Shown here: positions 12,101 to 26,700 of the stretch, in pieces
Numbering within the stretch: position 1 is the stretch's first letter
Layout of the letters: the number at the start of each line of letters is the position of its first letter
Origin: Lytechinus pictus
Taxonomy: Eukaryota
DNA: 64,000 nt
Direction of reading: 5' to 3'
NCBI RefSeq assembly: GCF_037042905.1
Contig: NC_087251.1
Location: forward strand, 28,026,001-28,090,000
The notes under the pieces: generated by a model
What the model was told of the DNA's origin: nothing
Databases searched by the model: none
The model's input: the letters and a program-made list of their open reading frames with translations, nothing else
Translations under genes and position numbers: made by a program

Positions 12101-15100
12101 TATCTACACAGTATATGAAGTACCCCATCTACACATACATTGAAGAACTACATCTGGAGAGCTTTGCAAAAATGTATATGTATGCGTCAAATTTTTACAT
12201 GATTGAAAATTCCTTGTCTTTTTGCATTGTTTCGTTGTATTGGTTTTTGCATTGCTCTTTAATGACTTCAAAAGAAAAATCTAAGTGTCAGTTAATTTAT
12301 TCATTTTTCCTTAATTAAAGTGAAAAGTATCTCATCCAGGTACATTATTTCATTTGCATTTGAATGAAAAGTATAATTTGTCCTCTTTATATCCATTCTT
12401 TCAGGTTTATTTGTTCATATCAAAGACAGAAATCTTAACCTTTACATGTATAATGAAATAAACTTGAAAATATAAGGAAATGTATATAGCATAGTCACTA
12501 TGTCAAGTCTAATAGTAGCATAAGATGCAGAAAGATTAATTATTAGCTTCATTAAAAAAATAATACTAATGGAGCTTTGCAAGAAACTCGCAATCAATTG
12601 AAAGTTAATTTTGGGTCCCAAATCAATCGCAATTTCTTGCAATTATTAGCAATCTCAGTTTCTGGTCAACTTTTTAATAAATAAAATTGAAATCAATTGG
12701 CTTTAGTTAAAATTGATCTATCAATTTTACAATGAAATTTGCAATTGGTTGCAAATATTTTCTTACCACACCCCATTAGAAAACTTGAAGAGAGATGATA
12801 GGGTATAAATGTTTCTTGTCTGTTTGTTGTTATTGATAGGTACTCTAAAGGATTGCACCACTGAATTAGAAGGGACCATCTCGATGCCAAACCTCAGTGA
12901 TGAAAATGGAGTTGATGATGTTAATGTATGTATTATTGAACATGAAGAGGTTTTCTTTGTGTGTCATATTAAACTGAAGAAAATCCCACAGTGCATGCTT
13001 TTCTTTATGAAAAGATAAGTACATGTAGTTCTCTGGCTAGCCAGAGTTAAATCCATTATTTGGTTTATAACAAAAGTGAGATATATATATATAGTTCATT
13101 TCGAGTCTTCTCTCCTTGTAGAAACATCAGTGAATTATACTCTTTATATATATTATATATAGTAAGAAAATTTGAAATGAATTGAATTCAATTGATTTAA
13201 TAACCATTATGAAAGGAATTTCATCACAATATCTGTAATTCTATTTCTGTCACTATCCACATGTATCTTCAGTGTTCATGATGTATTCTTGTGGTTTATA
13301 TTGTGAGATAATAAAATGTGGCAATCTTGCATGCATAAGTCTTGAAATTTCAATCGTATTTTTTGTTAAATCCTTTAATATTTCCATTTATGTTGGTCAT
13401 GACTATGCCATGTAATCTAGTTAGTCATGCAGAAATGAATGAAGGAAGTGAAAATCAGACTTGCCTGGGTTGCTTTCGCATGCTGTCCCAGTTATTGTAT
13501 GTCATCCTCTTTATCATTTATCATACATCCTGGTATGATCCTGCATTTAACTTGTAATTCTGTCCACAGATTGACATTTCAACAAACACTGCAACACCAG
13601 AATCAAACACCCTGAGAGAGGTTATGAAGAGCAAAGGAATCCCAGTCCTTCGACAGAAAATAGGAGACTACACAAAGGCACTGAAAAAAGGTAAAATTCT
13701 AAGGGAATTTTGACAATGGAATATGGACAGGGCTCCATAACCTTGAGGTCTGCAAATAACCACTAAATGGCAATGACTAATCATAATCATTTCTACATAT
13801 GCATTTTGTTCAAAACACCAACGATGAACCAATCATCATTGTTTTCAGGTTTGCAATCCATTACAAACCTTTGTGATAGGGGCCTAGATTTTGTGATTTG
13901 GGGCAGTGCAATAACTTCTTGGAAATATTTCTTCAACATTTGTCAACTGACAAACTTTCTTTGGATCTGATTGGCAATACCACAGACAAGATTTTTGAGT
14001 CAAGAATCCATCTAGTTTGTTTCAAATCTCACCTTTTTTTATCTCAAAGAAAAAAGCAACTTTGCCATGAAGAGGAGAGTGATATGTTTAAATACAATGT
14101 CACCCATGTTTTTACTTGAGATAACATTCAAATTATTTTGAAATACAAGGTTTTGTTGCCCTGACAGTAGTGTGTGTTCTGAATTTACAATTATAATTTC
14201 CTCTTGTTCTAGGAGTAATAAGCTATATCACTAATTATCTCTTCCCTTCCTATGCTATGTAGCAATTCCAAAATAGTTTTTTGTCTCACCTGCATAGCAG
14301 AGCGAGATTATAGGCGACGCTTTTCCGATGGCGGCGGCAGGCGGCATCGTTAACATCAAATCTTAACCTAAGGTTAATTTTTTTAATTGATATCATAACT
14401 TTAATCTTGGACGTAAGTGTAATCAAGTACTACTAAACATCCTGCCTTGGTTTCAAGTCACATGACCAAGGTCAATGGTCATTTAGGTCAATGAACTTTG
14501 GCCAAGTTGGGGGTATTTGTTGAATTACCATCATAACTTTGAAAGTTTATTGGTCTAGTTAAAAAAACTTGGACATAAGAGTAATCAAGTATCACTGAAC
14601 ATCCTGTGCAAATTTCAGGTCACATGACCAAGGTCAAAGGCCATTTAGGGTCAATGAACTTAGACCATGTTGGGGGAATCAATATCGAAATCTTAACCTA
14701 AGGTTAAGTTTTTGAAATGTCATCATAACTTAGAAAGTAAATGCACCTAGTTCATGAAACATACATAAGGGTAATGAAGTATTACTGAACATCCTGTGCA
14801 AATTTCAGGTCACATTACCACGGTCAAAGGTCATTTAGGGTAAATGAACTTTGGTCATTTTGAGGGTATTTGTTGAAATACCATAAAAACTGAAAGTTTA
14901 TGGATCTATATTCATAAAACTTGGACATAAGAGTAATCAAGTATCACTGAACATTCTGTGCAAGTTTCAGGTCACATGACCAAGGTCGAAGGTCAATGAT
15001 CTTTGGCCATGTTGTAGGTAATTGTTGAATTGCCAGAATAACTTTGAAAGTTTTATACGGATATAGTTAATGAAATGTGGACATAGGGGTAATCCAGTAT

Positions 15101-18100
15101 CATTGCTCATCTTGCACAAGTCAAAGGTCACTTGATCAAGGTCAAACATTTAGGTTCAATGAACGTAGTAGCAGATTATGTGAATGGTGTTTTTTTTTAA
15201 TAATTATTTTATATTCATTTTCAAAGTCAGCGCTGCTGCTATATTGAATGGCATAATGCAGGTGAGACTGCCAGAGGTGCTCCACTTGTTTCCCACATGA
15301 TTATTTATTAGCCTGCCATATCGGTGCCTGTTTATTTCTTTATTTCTTTTTAGTTACGTGATATTAGTATATGACCCTGCCTAATTTTCCCATTTGCCTG
15401 GCAGATAACCTTCTGTGTTCATCATGAAAAAGGTTGCCTTGTTTGAACAAAAATTACTACTTTATCTCTCCCTCTCTCTCCATTTCTCTCACTCACTCTC
15501 ACACTTTCCCCTCTCCCTTACCCCTCCATCTATCTTCTCTTCTCTCATCCCACCTCATTTTTCCATGTTTTTTTTTTCCTTATTCTCAATTTGATCATGT
15601 AGAATTCAGTCAAGGGATGATTCTACCATCAAAAGCCCAGGACAGCTCACCAGTAAATACCAGTGATGCCAAGAAATCATCATTACCAGTATGGGTTACT
15701 CATTATTTTTCTTCTCTAATGATTATTCAATATATATTTTTTTTAATCCTTATAGAAAGAATACAAGTAATTGAGTCTCAACTTAATTTTGTGGCATACA
15801 CCTGTAGTCCCACTGCTTTGGTGCAAACCAATTAAAACTTATTTCAAGTTTTGTTGATACCCTCCAAAAATAGCTGTCACTATTCCAATTCCTTACTAGT
15901 TTATTTGAATATGTATTCCCTAAAAGCAGTTAAAATGTGGAGGATATGAAATTAACATGTGCTATTTATTCAATGAATTCTGCAAATTTAATTTGTTTGG
16001 GTTCCCAGTCACAATATCATCTACATATTTTGTCTTTTGTATAAACCACTTTTTAAATGTGAAAGGGGCTAGAAATTTTCATGCTGATATTGGTAAACTT
16101 TGTTGTTAGCTTTCTGAACTCCAGTTACTAAATGTGTATATTTTGTGTTCCAAGGCCCCATTAAAAAAAAAGAGAAAACAATACAGAAAGAACTCATTTT
16201 GTGACCATAAAAACAGCTGGAAACATTTCCCTTTTTATTGTAATTACAGGAGCCTGTACCAGTAAAGAAAACAGACACTGACTCAAGTGCATCGCAGATG
16301 AAAGGGCTCAATCTAGGGGTTAAAATAGATACACGTAAACTGGAATTGTCAGAAGAATTCAAATGTGAATCTGCTATGCTCTATTTGGCATTTACTGAAG
16401 TAGATGTAAGTACATGTACATAAAAGTTTTTTTTTTTAAACTGAAGGGCAATTCCATAAAATTATCAACCTCTTTGTACATCCGACCCCCATTTTTCTCA
16501 AGTTTTACTTCACTTCATAAACTGACCAAGTCATGGTCCTTTGAGGACATTACAGACTGTCAAAAGAACAAGAAATCAGAGACAGAAAATTTCATGAAAG
16601 TCCTACATATAGGGGGTCGGACGTACATATTTTATGGAATCTGCCCTGAAGCATGTGAGCGCAGTTTTCAGCTGTGCCAGCTAAGAGCTTCAATTTTTTA
16701 ATTAAACAGATATGGTTCTAATATGGTTTTGAAGACATTTCATTGTGTATTGCCTTTTTGACATTTGGATAGACTTGAAACATAAATATATTTGGTATGG
16801 CAATGAAAAGTAATAAAACCTTTCACCATGAAATAGTTCAAATTGAATTTGGCAAGTCCATGGGGCTCTATACTATCATAGGATGATGTGCATGTACTGT
16901 GATATCAAGAGGAGTAAACAATAGAAGAAATTCAAGTGGTTCAAACTGTTGGTTTGTGTAATTCAGCTTTTATAGATGAAACTGTCTGATATGATGAATT
17001 ACATTTGGCAATGACCCTTGCTTTGAACCCATTGTGGAGATAATCCCTCAACCAATTTTCTTCTTAATGATGGATTAACCTATTGCTTACTGAAAATCCT
17101 ATAGAAAGGATGGAATTCAATAGTCAACTGGTTAATCACTGTTTCTCCTTATTTGTAGCGGTTGCAAGCCTTCACCCAAGCCAAAGCTACATTGAACGCC
17201 GAAGCTGGAGGAAAATTCACCATGTTAGATGGCAACATCTCGGGAGAGTTTGTTTCATTAGTAAGTAAATTTGAAAAATAATTGTTCAATTGTACTCGCC
17301 TTCTTAATATGACACATAATAGATGAAACAATTGGGCACACTTTATAATTAGTCCCATACTTTTTTTTTTAATGTGACTTTCAGCGGGAAGGAGTCAATT
17401 TATCATTTTGGTGACATAAACCATCTTTCAAAATAACTTTGAGAAAGTTCCTCCACCTTTCAAAATCACGACAAAAACTAAGTTTGATCATTGAATGTAC
17501 ATGTACTTTATTTTTTTTACAATCTTTTCTCATCATTATAGGAACCCCATTCCAAGATTGTCATGAAATGGAGATTCAAGTCATGGGATGAAGGTAAGAA
17601 TTGTTCATTTTAGTTCAGTCAGCATTTTAAATGACCAAGTTCTAAACTTATAAAATGGCTTCACAAACTGGCTGGACAAACCTTGACTTCCAGGGGTTAA
17701 AACATTTTGTAGAAATAAAACAGTTCCATGACATTTTCTCCAGCAACAATTGCTCCGCTGTGAATTCCACACTCTAATGGAATGGTCATCTTTAACCCTG
17801 GATTTTATCTGACAAGATAAAGCCCGGAGTAATTGTCGCCAGAGCAAACGTCGTGTTACCAATAAAACATGAAGTCTTTTGGAACCTGTGACACAAGTCT
17901 ACAATTTAATTTGTACATTATTTTTTTTTGTGTGTAAATTGAATTTACCTTGTCTTTTAATACAGGACACCACTCGCTGGTGACACTACAGTTCAATCAG
18001 AAAGCCGACTGCACTGAACTCCTGCTCACTCAAAAGGGCATTCCCAAAGCAGACTATGAGCGCACAAGGCATGGCTGGCATACCGTCTTCTTCCAGAGGA

Positions 18101-18138
18101 TAAAAGGCACCTTTGGTTATGGCGCCTCGCTCTTCTGA
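6179..18138 (+). CDS. AHSA1: Activator of Hsp90 ATPase 1 (Aha1), 10 coding exons, ~348 aa
   Basis: join(6179..6258,11296..11375,11813..11923,12840..12925,13570..13690,15603..15688,16250..16405,17159..17260,17542..17593,17966..18138); 1047 nt, all GT-AG, phases consistent. Translation begins MAKWGQGDPRWIVEERADATNVNNWHWTERDA, contains NRKAKLIFFYEW, MPNLSDEN and EFSQGMILP, and ends FQRIKGTFGYGASLF*; these are hallmark Aha1 motifs. Confidence 0.97.
6974..9368. mobile_element. TA-flanked non-autonomous DNA transposon, host of a hAT insertion
   Basis: Ends tatgatgggggga..taaagctacgcac / gcgcagctttaggaccccctgccata; the subterminal ggtcctaaagctacgcac motif is repeated near 7185 and 9325. Confidence 0.6.
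7342..9203. mobile_element. hAT-like non-autonomous element
   Basis: TIRs CAAGGCTCGACATTA / TAATGTGGAGCCTTG; repeated subterminal ggtggcccg / cgggccacc motifs; near-TSD atttagg / atttagag. Confidence 0.75.
9484..10016. mobile_element. CCCGG-ended MITE, second family
   Basis: Left gggggtactca..gtggtaggtatgtgctgcgg pairs with right ccgcggcacctacctaccac..tgagtgccccc; internal ggaacgg repeats. Confidence 0.6.
10595..10822. repeat. Two abutting palindromes with 1-nt loops; the second carries a 45-bp internal duplication
   Basis: 10595-10633: 19-bp arms. 10633-10822: ~70-bp arms centred on gagaatatat-c-atatattctc; 10690-10734 is repeated at 10735-10779. Confidence 0.9.
13730..13883. mobile_element. 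Degenerate Harbinger-like MITE
   Basis: gggctccataac / tgtgataggggcc ends, resembling 21447-21601. Confidence 0.45.
14281..15289 (+). mobile_element. Helentron-associated (HINE/DINE-1/pearl-like) element, copy 1
   Basis: 5' TTgtctcacctgcat; 3' subterminal IR atgcaggtgagac, short hairpin and ccacttgTT; (GGC)n; ~5 internal ~163-bp repeats; homologous to 50592 and 52578. Confidence 0.8.
17723..17860. mobile_element. Small MITE
   Basis: IRs catgacattttctccagcaacaattgctccg / cggagtaattgtcgccagagcaaacgtcgtg. Confidence 0.55.
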
Positions 18139-20942
18139 CGTCAGAGTGGTGGCTGGACACTTGCGGATGCTTTTTCATGGCGAACATTGAGTACAGTGCC
18201 CCTGTGTGTTCTAGCCCTGTTCCTCTTTAAGAGATATGCCCTTGATCCTTGACGATGAGCTAATTCTGTGCTATGATGAAGATCACTTAAAAAACATTTG
18301 GATCGTGGAGGATGATCGTCCCATTTTTACCCTGTAAATCGTTACCTGGATTATGCAAGTGCGGTCGTACAAATTGTGATTTTGATTGGACAGCTGTGCT
18401 TATTTATATCAAAGCTATTGAATTTGCCGGTGTCATTATTTCTACCGTATTATGTGCACATAAAAAATGCCTTTTTGTTTCTTAACAAAGGGACTGAACT
18501 TGAATGGTGAATGTTGTGATTTCTTAAAGTTGGTAACCGTGAAGAAAAAAGGGGCCAATGCAGTTGTCAAGAGTGATTTTTTTTTTTTAAGTAAAGAAAA
18601 ATTATGGAATTGCCGATAACTTTGTCTCCATTAACAGTGCTGTACAAGAACATGATATATGAATTGGCAATGCCAGATGCAATTTCTAGTCAAGAAATAT
18701 GTGAATCACATTTAGATGGTTGTTATTCCTCATTCTGTGTGTGAATAAAAATGAATATTTGATGATTAAGGTATTTTTCCTTGCAAAAATCAGCCAAAAG
18801 CTTGGATATGGTTTAAATAATCTAAGATGAAATACCACCAAATTTTTAAATAGCAAATATTATTTGAAGCCACTTGCTATTGGCTGAAACAATGCTTATC
18901 AGTCCTAAAACAAAATAAGTACCATTATTTCAAATGTAGATTAGATCAAATAAAGAAATCAAAATTGAAAAAGGTGTTATATTTTTTATACTGCCTGTTT
19001 TCAGAAGTTTAAATTGATTGCTATAACTGGTATTGTTAATATAACCTAATTTACCGTATTTAACATATTGGTTGGTGCTGAAATATATATTAAATGCATG
19101 TTTGTATTGAACCTATCCCTCAGGTCTAATTTGCATGTTTTTCAAACAAATACCTCGATATTAGAGTGTGATGAGAAACCTAGAGAACCAAAATTTCTCT
19201 ACTGCATAATTACTCCCTTCTGCTATAGTTATTTGCATATTTATTTTTTTGTAGACAGTCCCTTCTCTTAAAGGAATGAAACAAATATTTATTTGAAATC
19301 AACGAATCTGTCAAATATTTTTTTCATTTGAGAAAGAAATGTTCAAAAGTCTACTTAAAATGAATATATATTGTATGTACCTCACAACTGTAAGTAATAA
19401 ATTATATATTTATACTTGTGATGCAGTAACACGGGCATTTTAAGGTCTACACAACATTTCATGATGATGTTGATGGCACAAATATAGATATGCTAGAAAC
19501 GTATTGGCAATGTTAATGTAGCTTCTTTTGCATGACAGTTTTAAACCCCTTGACCCTTACCGGCCACAGTATACCGCTTCCGAAGACAATAAACCTAACT
19601 CAAAATATTTTTCCTAGGAACCAAGGAATTATATCAAATATACTGGACAATAATTAATGAACATGTTAACTCAAAGGTTATCCTGAAAACCATTGGTTTT
19701 AACTTGTGTAGTAAGTAGATAGTCAGTCACAAACATTCTTCTTTGGAAAGGTGTATTGATCTATTAAAACAATGACCAAAATGCAATTTACGAAACTCAT
19801 AATACACAGCATGTTGAGGAGGAATTTGTACCTGTCATCACGAATTAAAATTGAAGAAATTCAAACCTCTCTTAGCCTCTAATGGAAATTTATATAACCT
19901 TAACTATTTTTCTTGTATTTTTCTGCTTTTATTAGAACCAACATGGCATTCTTCCCCATAATTGTGTTCAGTTATTATGGCTGTAAGGCAATTCATTATT
20001 ACTCATTCAATTCCTCTATCATTACCCAGGATATATTCCCACTAGAATGATAAATAATCATACCGCAATATTTGCCTCCAAACATGAACTGTAGTCTGAA
20101 GCAGTCCTTTTTATCAATTTTGATCAAATGACAATCATTTTTAAAACCAATGTAAACAATATATTAAGTGTGGATGATTAAGTTCCTTGGAGTTAATTTC
20201 TCTTTTAAATTGCTGCACAACTAAATCATGAACTTGTATCTATCTATTCAAGCCTTTTGCTTATCAAGAAATTATGTATGGAGAGAACAGAAAATAGACC
20301 CATAATAATAAACTTGCTGTTAGACTAATGAAAGTCATCTGTTACATGATCGTAAAGATAACGGCTTGTATTCAAGAAAAATTTGATTGTCAAATTAATT
20401 TCTCATAGATGTATTTGCACAATATTTATGGAGATTATCAAATTACAAGTCTGAAGAAGCTAAATGGATTCTATTTGTAACGTGACAGTGTTGACTGTAT
20501 GTCTCTCAAATAAAATAAAACACTAAAAATGAAAATTGAATGTGCAATGCTTATCACACTACTTTGGTAAGTGTATTTTATACACTTTAGTAGTTGTTTT
20601 GGTTTAATCCCAGATCCTATCAATACATTTGGTTATTTGGTCTAATTCTCTTTGTCCTCTGCCTGATTCATCACATCCTACAGAGTCTAATCCAGTGTTT
20701 TAAATTTTGTACTTCAAGGCTCACCTTGGCTTTTGTAATTTTTCAGGTCAATTTTTTTTAAGGTCCACCTCAAAAAATATTAAATAACATGACAAGAAGA
20801 AAATACAGAAGAAAATGTGTGGTTATTGTCTGCACCACATGATACATGTAACTTACTTTTATTTGTACATGTATTCATTTGGTCTACCAGCAGATGCTTT
20901 AATTATCTGATTGTAAGTCACCACCATGGCTAACTCCACTTG

Positions 20943-21150
20943 GGGTTTGTTTCACAAAGATTAAAGTATGACTTAGAGTCGCACTTATATGATCTGACCA
21001 ATGCAGTATAAAAGGCATGACCGCATTGGTCAGATCATGCAAAGAGGACGCGCACTACTGCGTATTAATAAGACTGCGAGTTGCATATCTTGTACGCGTC
21101 AGTATTTAAGTGCATCTTAAGTCATACTTAAATCTTTGTGAAACACCCCC
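20943..21150. mobile_element. Harbinger-like palindromic MITE
   Basis: gggtttgtttcacaaagattaaagtatgactt / aagtcatacttaaatctttgtgaaacaccc; same family as 55577-55754. Confidence 0.8.
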
Positions 21151-21446
21151 CCGGTCTACTGTGAATTGGATCCAATTGCCACTTGGTGCAACCATCATTT
21201 CAACTGTCGTTTAGTATAATGCCCAGATAGTTTAATCTCCATTTTGTCTATTAACTTTGTACTTTGGCAAATGAAATTTGAATCATAAAACGGTTTATCT
21301 AATAATTTAGGCTATTAAAGTGGAGTAAACCAAGAGGATATTGGTCAAAGTGATGAAGCCAAACTGGAAATCAGACAAAATGGTGAACTAGCAATTAGAT
21401 CAAATGGCCAAGATGAATTGGTTGTAGCATGGACCTATGAGAACTG

Positions 21447-21601
21447 GGCTCCGTAACACAAAGATTAGCGATCAATCGCTAAATAACTGACCAATCAATA
21501 TCAATGTTACACGCGTGTTAGGTTTATAATACTGACCAGGGACCAATCAGTGCGGTTCTTTCATATTGGCAATTCATCGCAAACATTTGTGTTACGGAGC
21601 C
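21447..21601. mobile_element. Harbinger-like MITE
   Basis: TIR GGCTCCGTAACACAAA / TTTGTGTTACGGAGCC; 3-bp TSD CTG on both sides. Confidence 0.8.
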
Positions 21602-22953
21602 CTGGACATTCATCGGTTAGTTAATGAATTCACTGAATTCACAAACATGTGACTGTCATTGTCATCTGAATAACATTCTCTTTATGTTTTTCTTTTGTGA
21701 TCCCATCATGGTCACTGTCAATTAGGGCATGAGTTAACAGAAGCTTTTTGTGATTAGACATTAATAATGCACAAATTGTATGCGGGGAAGATAAATCACT
21801 TAAATCCTGGAAAATCAATGTGCAGTTCTGGTTTGCAAATGGTAATCTTCGTTCCGTGTGTTTTATTTGGGGAAAATGTATTTCAAGATTGAGACTGAAA
21901 TTACATTGATTGTTTGTAATTGATAATCACATTTTTTGAAGATTTTCTCATAAAAATTCCAGAGAAACATTGCACATTGCTTGTAGGGGACATGTCTCTC
22001 TTGTTACTAGGGTCATTACAAGTGTGCAGAAGTGTGCAAATTAATAACAAATTTGTTATCACAAAAATTGTCTGCTTCTCAATTTTGCTGCTCCAAATCT
22101 GAAGCATGTTGATTGAAAGGCATATTCTGATACAGGACATCAGCCAACAAATGCCAAAGGAAAATGTTTCCTTTGTTAAAAATCATACGCCTAGGTAGCC
22201 GCTATTGTCAAAACACCTGTATATTCTCATTAATATGCACATAATCAGGATACGGCGACTATGACTGCATCAAAGAATGCTCGCTTTTGTCGTCCATTTC
22301 TTATAGGTCCATGGTTGTAGGTCTGTGTGGGATGAGACCAAATAGAAGTAGATAAAGTGCGTGAAGAAATTGACCCTTACATTATTTACACCCACTCTCC
22401 CCCGTTTTTGTTCTAAATTTCGAGAGATATTCTTTTTGTAACCACATGATTATCCTGTATTGATTTCCTTTGGGGGTAAACTTAAATCCATTTGTTGTGA
22501 CGATGGTCTAGTTGAATACATGATTAGTCACATAAAGAGAAAGAATTCTTATTTTTCAGTTGCAACAAATAAATTTGGCTAACCTAATGGTTCTCATTAT
22601 CCTACATGCCGTTGAAATGTTCACCCCATAATGCACAGCACAACTGCCTTGAGAAAAATGTCAAATAATCCATGAGGGTATGAGACCAAGTGGACCACAA
22701 GACAATAAGATCAGATTGAAGATAGACCAGTTGGGTTTAACCAAAATCATGTCCAATGATCCACCCCAATGGCAAACTGATTTGAGTAAATAGACAAATT
22801 AAAAGAGCATAACACTGAAAATTCTAACAATTGGATGTAAAATATGGCATTTTTTTCAAGTTTTCCTCTGTGACCTTGTGATTCCAAGATCTAATCAGAT
22901 CATCAGTGGTTCCACTGTGCATACATGATTCAAATTCAGGCCAATTTGCTGTA

Positions 22954-23197
22954 CACTGCAAAAACTCTGTTGTTGATTTAACACCAGCCCGGAATCTATA
23001 AGTCCACACCAGAAAGAGAAGTGTTAAACGACACCAGTTACGTTTTGGTTTAACACCAGATAGGTGTTTATACAACACCAATCAGTATTAAAACAGCATC
23101 AGTTTGATTCCAAACTGGTGTTGTTTCAATACTTCTCTGGTGTGGACATATATAGATTCCGGGTTGGTGTTAAATCAACACCGGAGTTTTTGCAGTG
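22954..23197. mobile_element. CACTA/EnSpm-like palindromic MITE
   Basis: CACTGCAAAAACTC / GAGTTTTTGCAGTG termini with long IRs; 2-bp TA TSD; internal aacacca repeats. Confidence 0.8.
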
Positions 23198-23753
23198 TAG
23201 TTGTGACACCCCCCCCCCCCTTATATGCATACATGAATCAAATTTAAAGTTGACCTGTAAAATTTGTATAAATTAGTAATCATAATACAGAGCAATTTAA
23301 AAGAAAATCATGACCATTAACCTTGAGATAACATCAGATTATCATCCATCCTATATATGTAATCCAAGTATGAAGTTTGTCCAAGCAGTTTTAACGCTAC
23401 CATGAGAACAAATCTGGATGGACGGACAGGTAATCAGTACCTTTGGTAAGCAAACGCACAATGAAAAATAATTCAAAGAATCTCAAAGTCATTGCCGAAA
23501 TTTATTTGTTCAGAATTCTGGCTAGTAAAGTGAGTCATCTCCAAGATTCAAGAAGTTTATTTGCATTTCCATGACAAATATAAATCAATAAATATGAAGG
23601 TGATTTGCATAAAACTGCAATTCATCTGGCATGTTAAAGGTAAACTAGGCTTCAATTGCACTGATATGTTATTCTCATTAATCAGAACCCGAATCAAAAT
23701 GTCTGTTATGTCATAACGTTTCCTCCTGAGATCACTTCCTTATATATATTTTT

Positions 23754-26700
23754 TCATCTTGTATTTGAAATCCCAGGGTGCACTGGACTATCCTCGGCGT
23801 GATCTCCATCCTTGATCCTATTCCTCAAATCTCCTAGATCATCTTGCAAGTTGTGATTAAGGCCAGCTTGTCTTCTATGATCTTCAATTATCTTGGCTCC
23901 TTTTCTTGCTTCCTCCACATATTTGTCCACTTGTTTGGTGACAAGGCTGATGCGTAACCGTGGTAGCACGTCTTCCAGCATCACAGCAACAAGAGGCGCA
24001 AATTTGACTTTTGGCATATTGTTCATGTTTAACCTCTCCAGATTCCTAGAAAATGTAATTCAAAAATTTGAAGAGTAACAAAAGGAAAAAAAATACATAT
24101 AAAAAAATAATCTATGTACATAGTGTCCTTTTCAAAATGTGAATGACTTGATTGAAACAAAAATTATCTCCTAAAGTAAACAAAACAACAGTAACTTTTA
24201 TGAAGGAAAATCTAACTGACCTCTTAAAATGTGAGATGTCATACTTTCAGTATTTACAAATAGGAACTAGTTTTTATGTCATGTTTGAGAAATCATCCAT
24301 GTTTAAATATGAAAAAAATGGCAGAAACTGAATTTCAATTGATAGGGTTCATTCCATCTACCCTAGCATCAAGTTGGTTTTGATAAAAAAAAATTAATTA
24401 AGGGCTGGTGAAAATCCATCTAAGAATAATTGTTATGAATTGTCAGTTTTTATTTTTATTATGCCACATGTGAGCAGCTGTCTCATGTCATATGTAATAT
24501 AACTTAAATTCCCACTTTAAAATTCATGACTGGAAAATGTTGTTAGAGAATGAATTGTAAATAAAATAATGAGATCAGTCTGTATATTCAATGAAAAGTT
24601 AAAATAATCAATTTTTTGAGAAAGTTTAATTATACAGAATTCGCATCACATGACAGATGGGAAAGATGCTTGAATGTGACATCACAAAATTAAACCTACA
24701 AAATCTACACCCGAGTTGAATATTCTTCGATAGATTTTTACCAAATCTTCATTCACACAGTTCTCTTGTTTTTTATACAGTGGTAAATTCCCCCCCAACC
24801 AATTAATTTTGATGTGAAAACATAAATACGTAAAAAGAAAAATACCTTAGTTTGTGGAGTGTTGCTATCCCATTCTCTGTAACTTGCTCACAATTGTTAA
24901 TATTGAGATGGGTAAGGGTATCTCTTAGATGTACAAGGCTAGCAAGGCAGTGGTCATCTACCATAGCACATCCTTCAAGGCTTAGATATTTTACTGCAGA
25001 TAATTTGACTGTAACACAATCAAAAGGAAATTTTGTTTGCAATGGCATCATTAGCAGTTGTTCAATTGACCTTTGATAAGTGGAATCTACTGAGAATTTG
25101 AAAGCGCTTGACTAAGGAAATGTTTTGTTTTCTGTTGAACAAAATTTGACATAATGGTTTGACGTAATTGTAATTTTGCCATTCAATGGTAACATCAATC
25201 GATTCCCTTACTTTGATTGTATGTTAAGCATAAATACAACTTTTCTGTCCCACTGGATAATTGTTATAAACAGGTTTACTTTATCACAATTCAGTTTTCA
25301 TGGAAAGATTATACATTGTACATGATTGAGATTATCTTGAAACTTTAGTGAGAACACAAATGCAAATGCCTTACCAAGATCGGCCATGCTAAACTGGTCA
25401 AGGTCGGTGTCCATTGCATCAATGGCTATTACAGACTGACCCTCCAGTTCATCAAGTGGTAGTGACCCTCTCTTGATGTCCTGCTTCGTGTACCAATTTC
25501 CATTTGTAAACTGGACTCTGGCTCCCATTTTGATTAGCATATGGCACACACCAACCTCAAGTCCAAACTTTTTTATGGTATCAAATGATTCCCTGGGTGG
25601 ATAAAGCAAAAACTTAAGAATGTTATAAAAAGCCTGCATTGCCCAAAAGCAAAATGTGACATTCCGATCAAAGTACAATTTTAGATCTATCCACATTTTA
25701 ATAGCGATTTGTGATTTTAAATATTCATCATTCTTTTATTCATTGACTGTATCTCAATAACCTTGCACTAAAATGTTATCAAAAATGCTTTCAAACATTT
25801 CTGCTGCCTTCTATAATGGTCAAAGAAATGTTGACGCAGTTTCATTCTCATTTTACTTGGTTTTACTATTTCTAACTTCTGTTACCAGCACCATCACAAA
25901 CACTACTACTTATTAAAAGATGAGGAATCTTACATTTTGACCTGTTCAGACCATGCACGCTGTATTCTCTTCTTTGCGAAGTACCAGATTGACATGTTCC
26001 TGCATTGATCTCTTCTCGTTCCTGTCATCATGGCTAGCTGAAGAATAGCACACCGAGGTGACCTCCATACTACAGCATGCCGTCTGAAGATACAGACACA
26101 GCCATGACCTATTCTGGACTAGGATATAAAAAATTTGTTTCAAAATGAACGTTTGTATTGAACATTGAAAAAATTGTAATAATGTAAGATGACACTCAAA
26201 AACAAACAAGTGTATGCATATTGGGGCTCATGATGGCAGACATGGCAGTGGTTATCTCCCATCACTGCACAATCATCCTTTAATATTGACCATTGATTGA
26301 TGATAGGTTCTCATGTAGCACTTTTGTAGCAAATCGAAATTGAGCAATACTATACGAACCTCTCATTTGAGTGACTGCACTATATATTCTATTCAATATA
26401 TATGTATCAAAATTATCAATTAAAATTTCCACTAATATAATCTAACAGTACTTGAAATAGCTTAATTCTAATGATGTTGATATTTCTATTGACAAATATA
26501 TTACCAATATTCATCTGTACAAACAAGATTAATTCATATTTTATTGTAACGTAATCACAAATATAATTAAAGACTTCTTGACTTCTAACATTAAGCTTTT
26601 TACAGGTAAATTTGTCATATTCACAAAGTAATGATTAAAACATGGAAAATTATGGTTACTTTTTTATTTTGTTTTGTTGGTTATTCTGCTGGATTACGCC

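Noticed and set aside
14283..15268. Compensatory change in both subterminal IRs of HINE copy 1
   Set aside because: Both changes (CG>CA and CG>TG) are explained by independent CpG deamination.
20600..22800. Degenerate ttggtcta/tagaccaa short repeats
   Set aside because: Probably an old fold-back repeat, but boundaries could not be defined.
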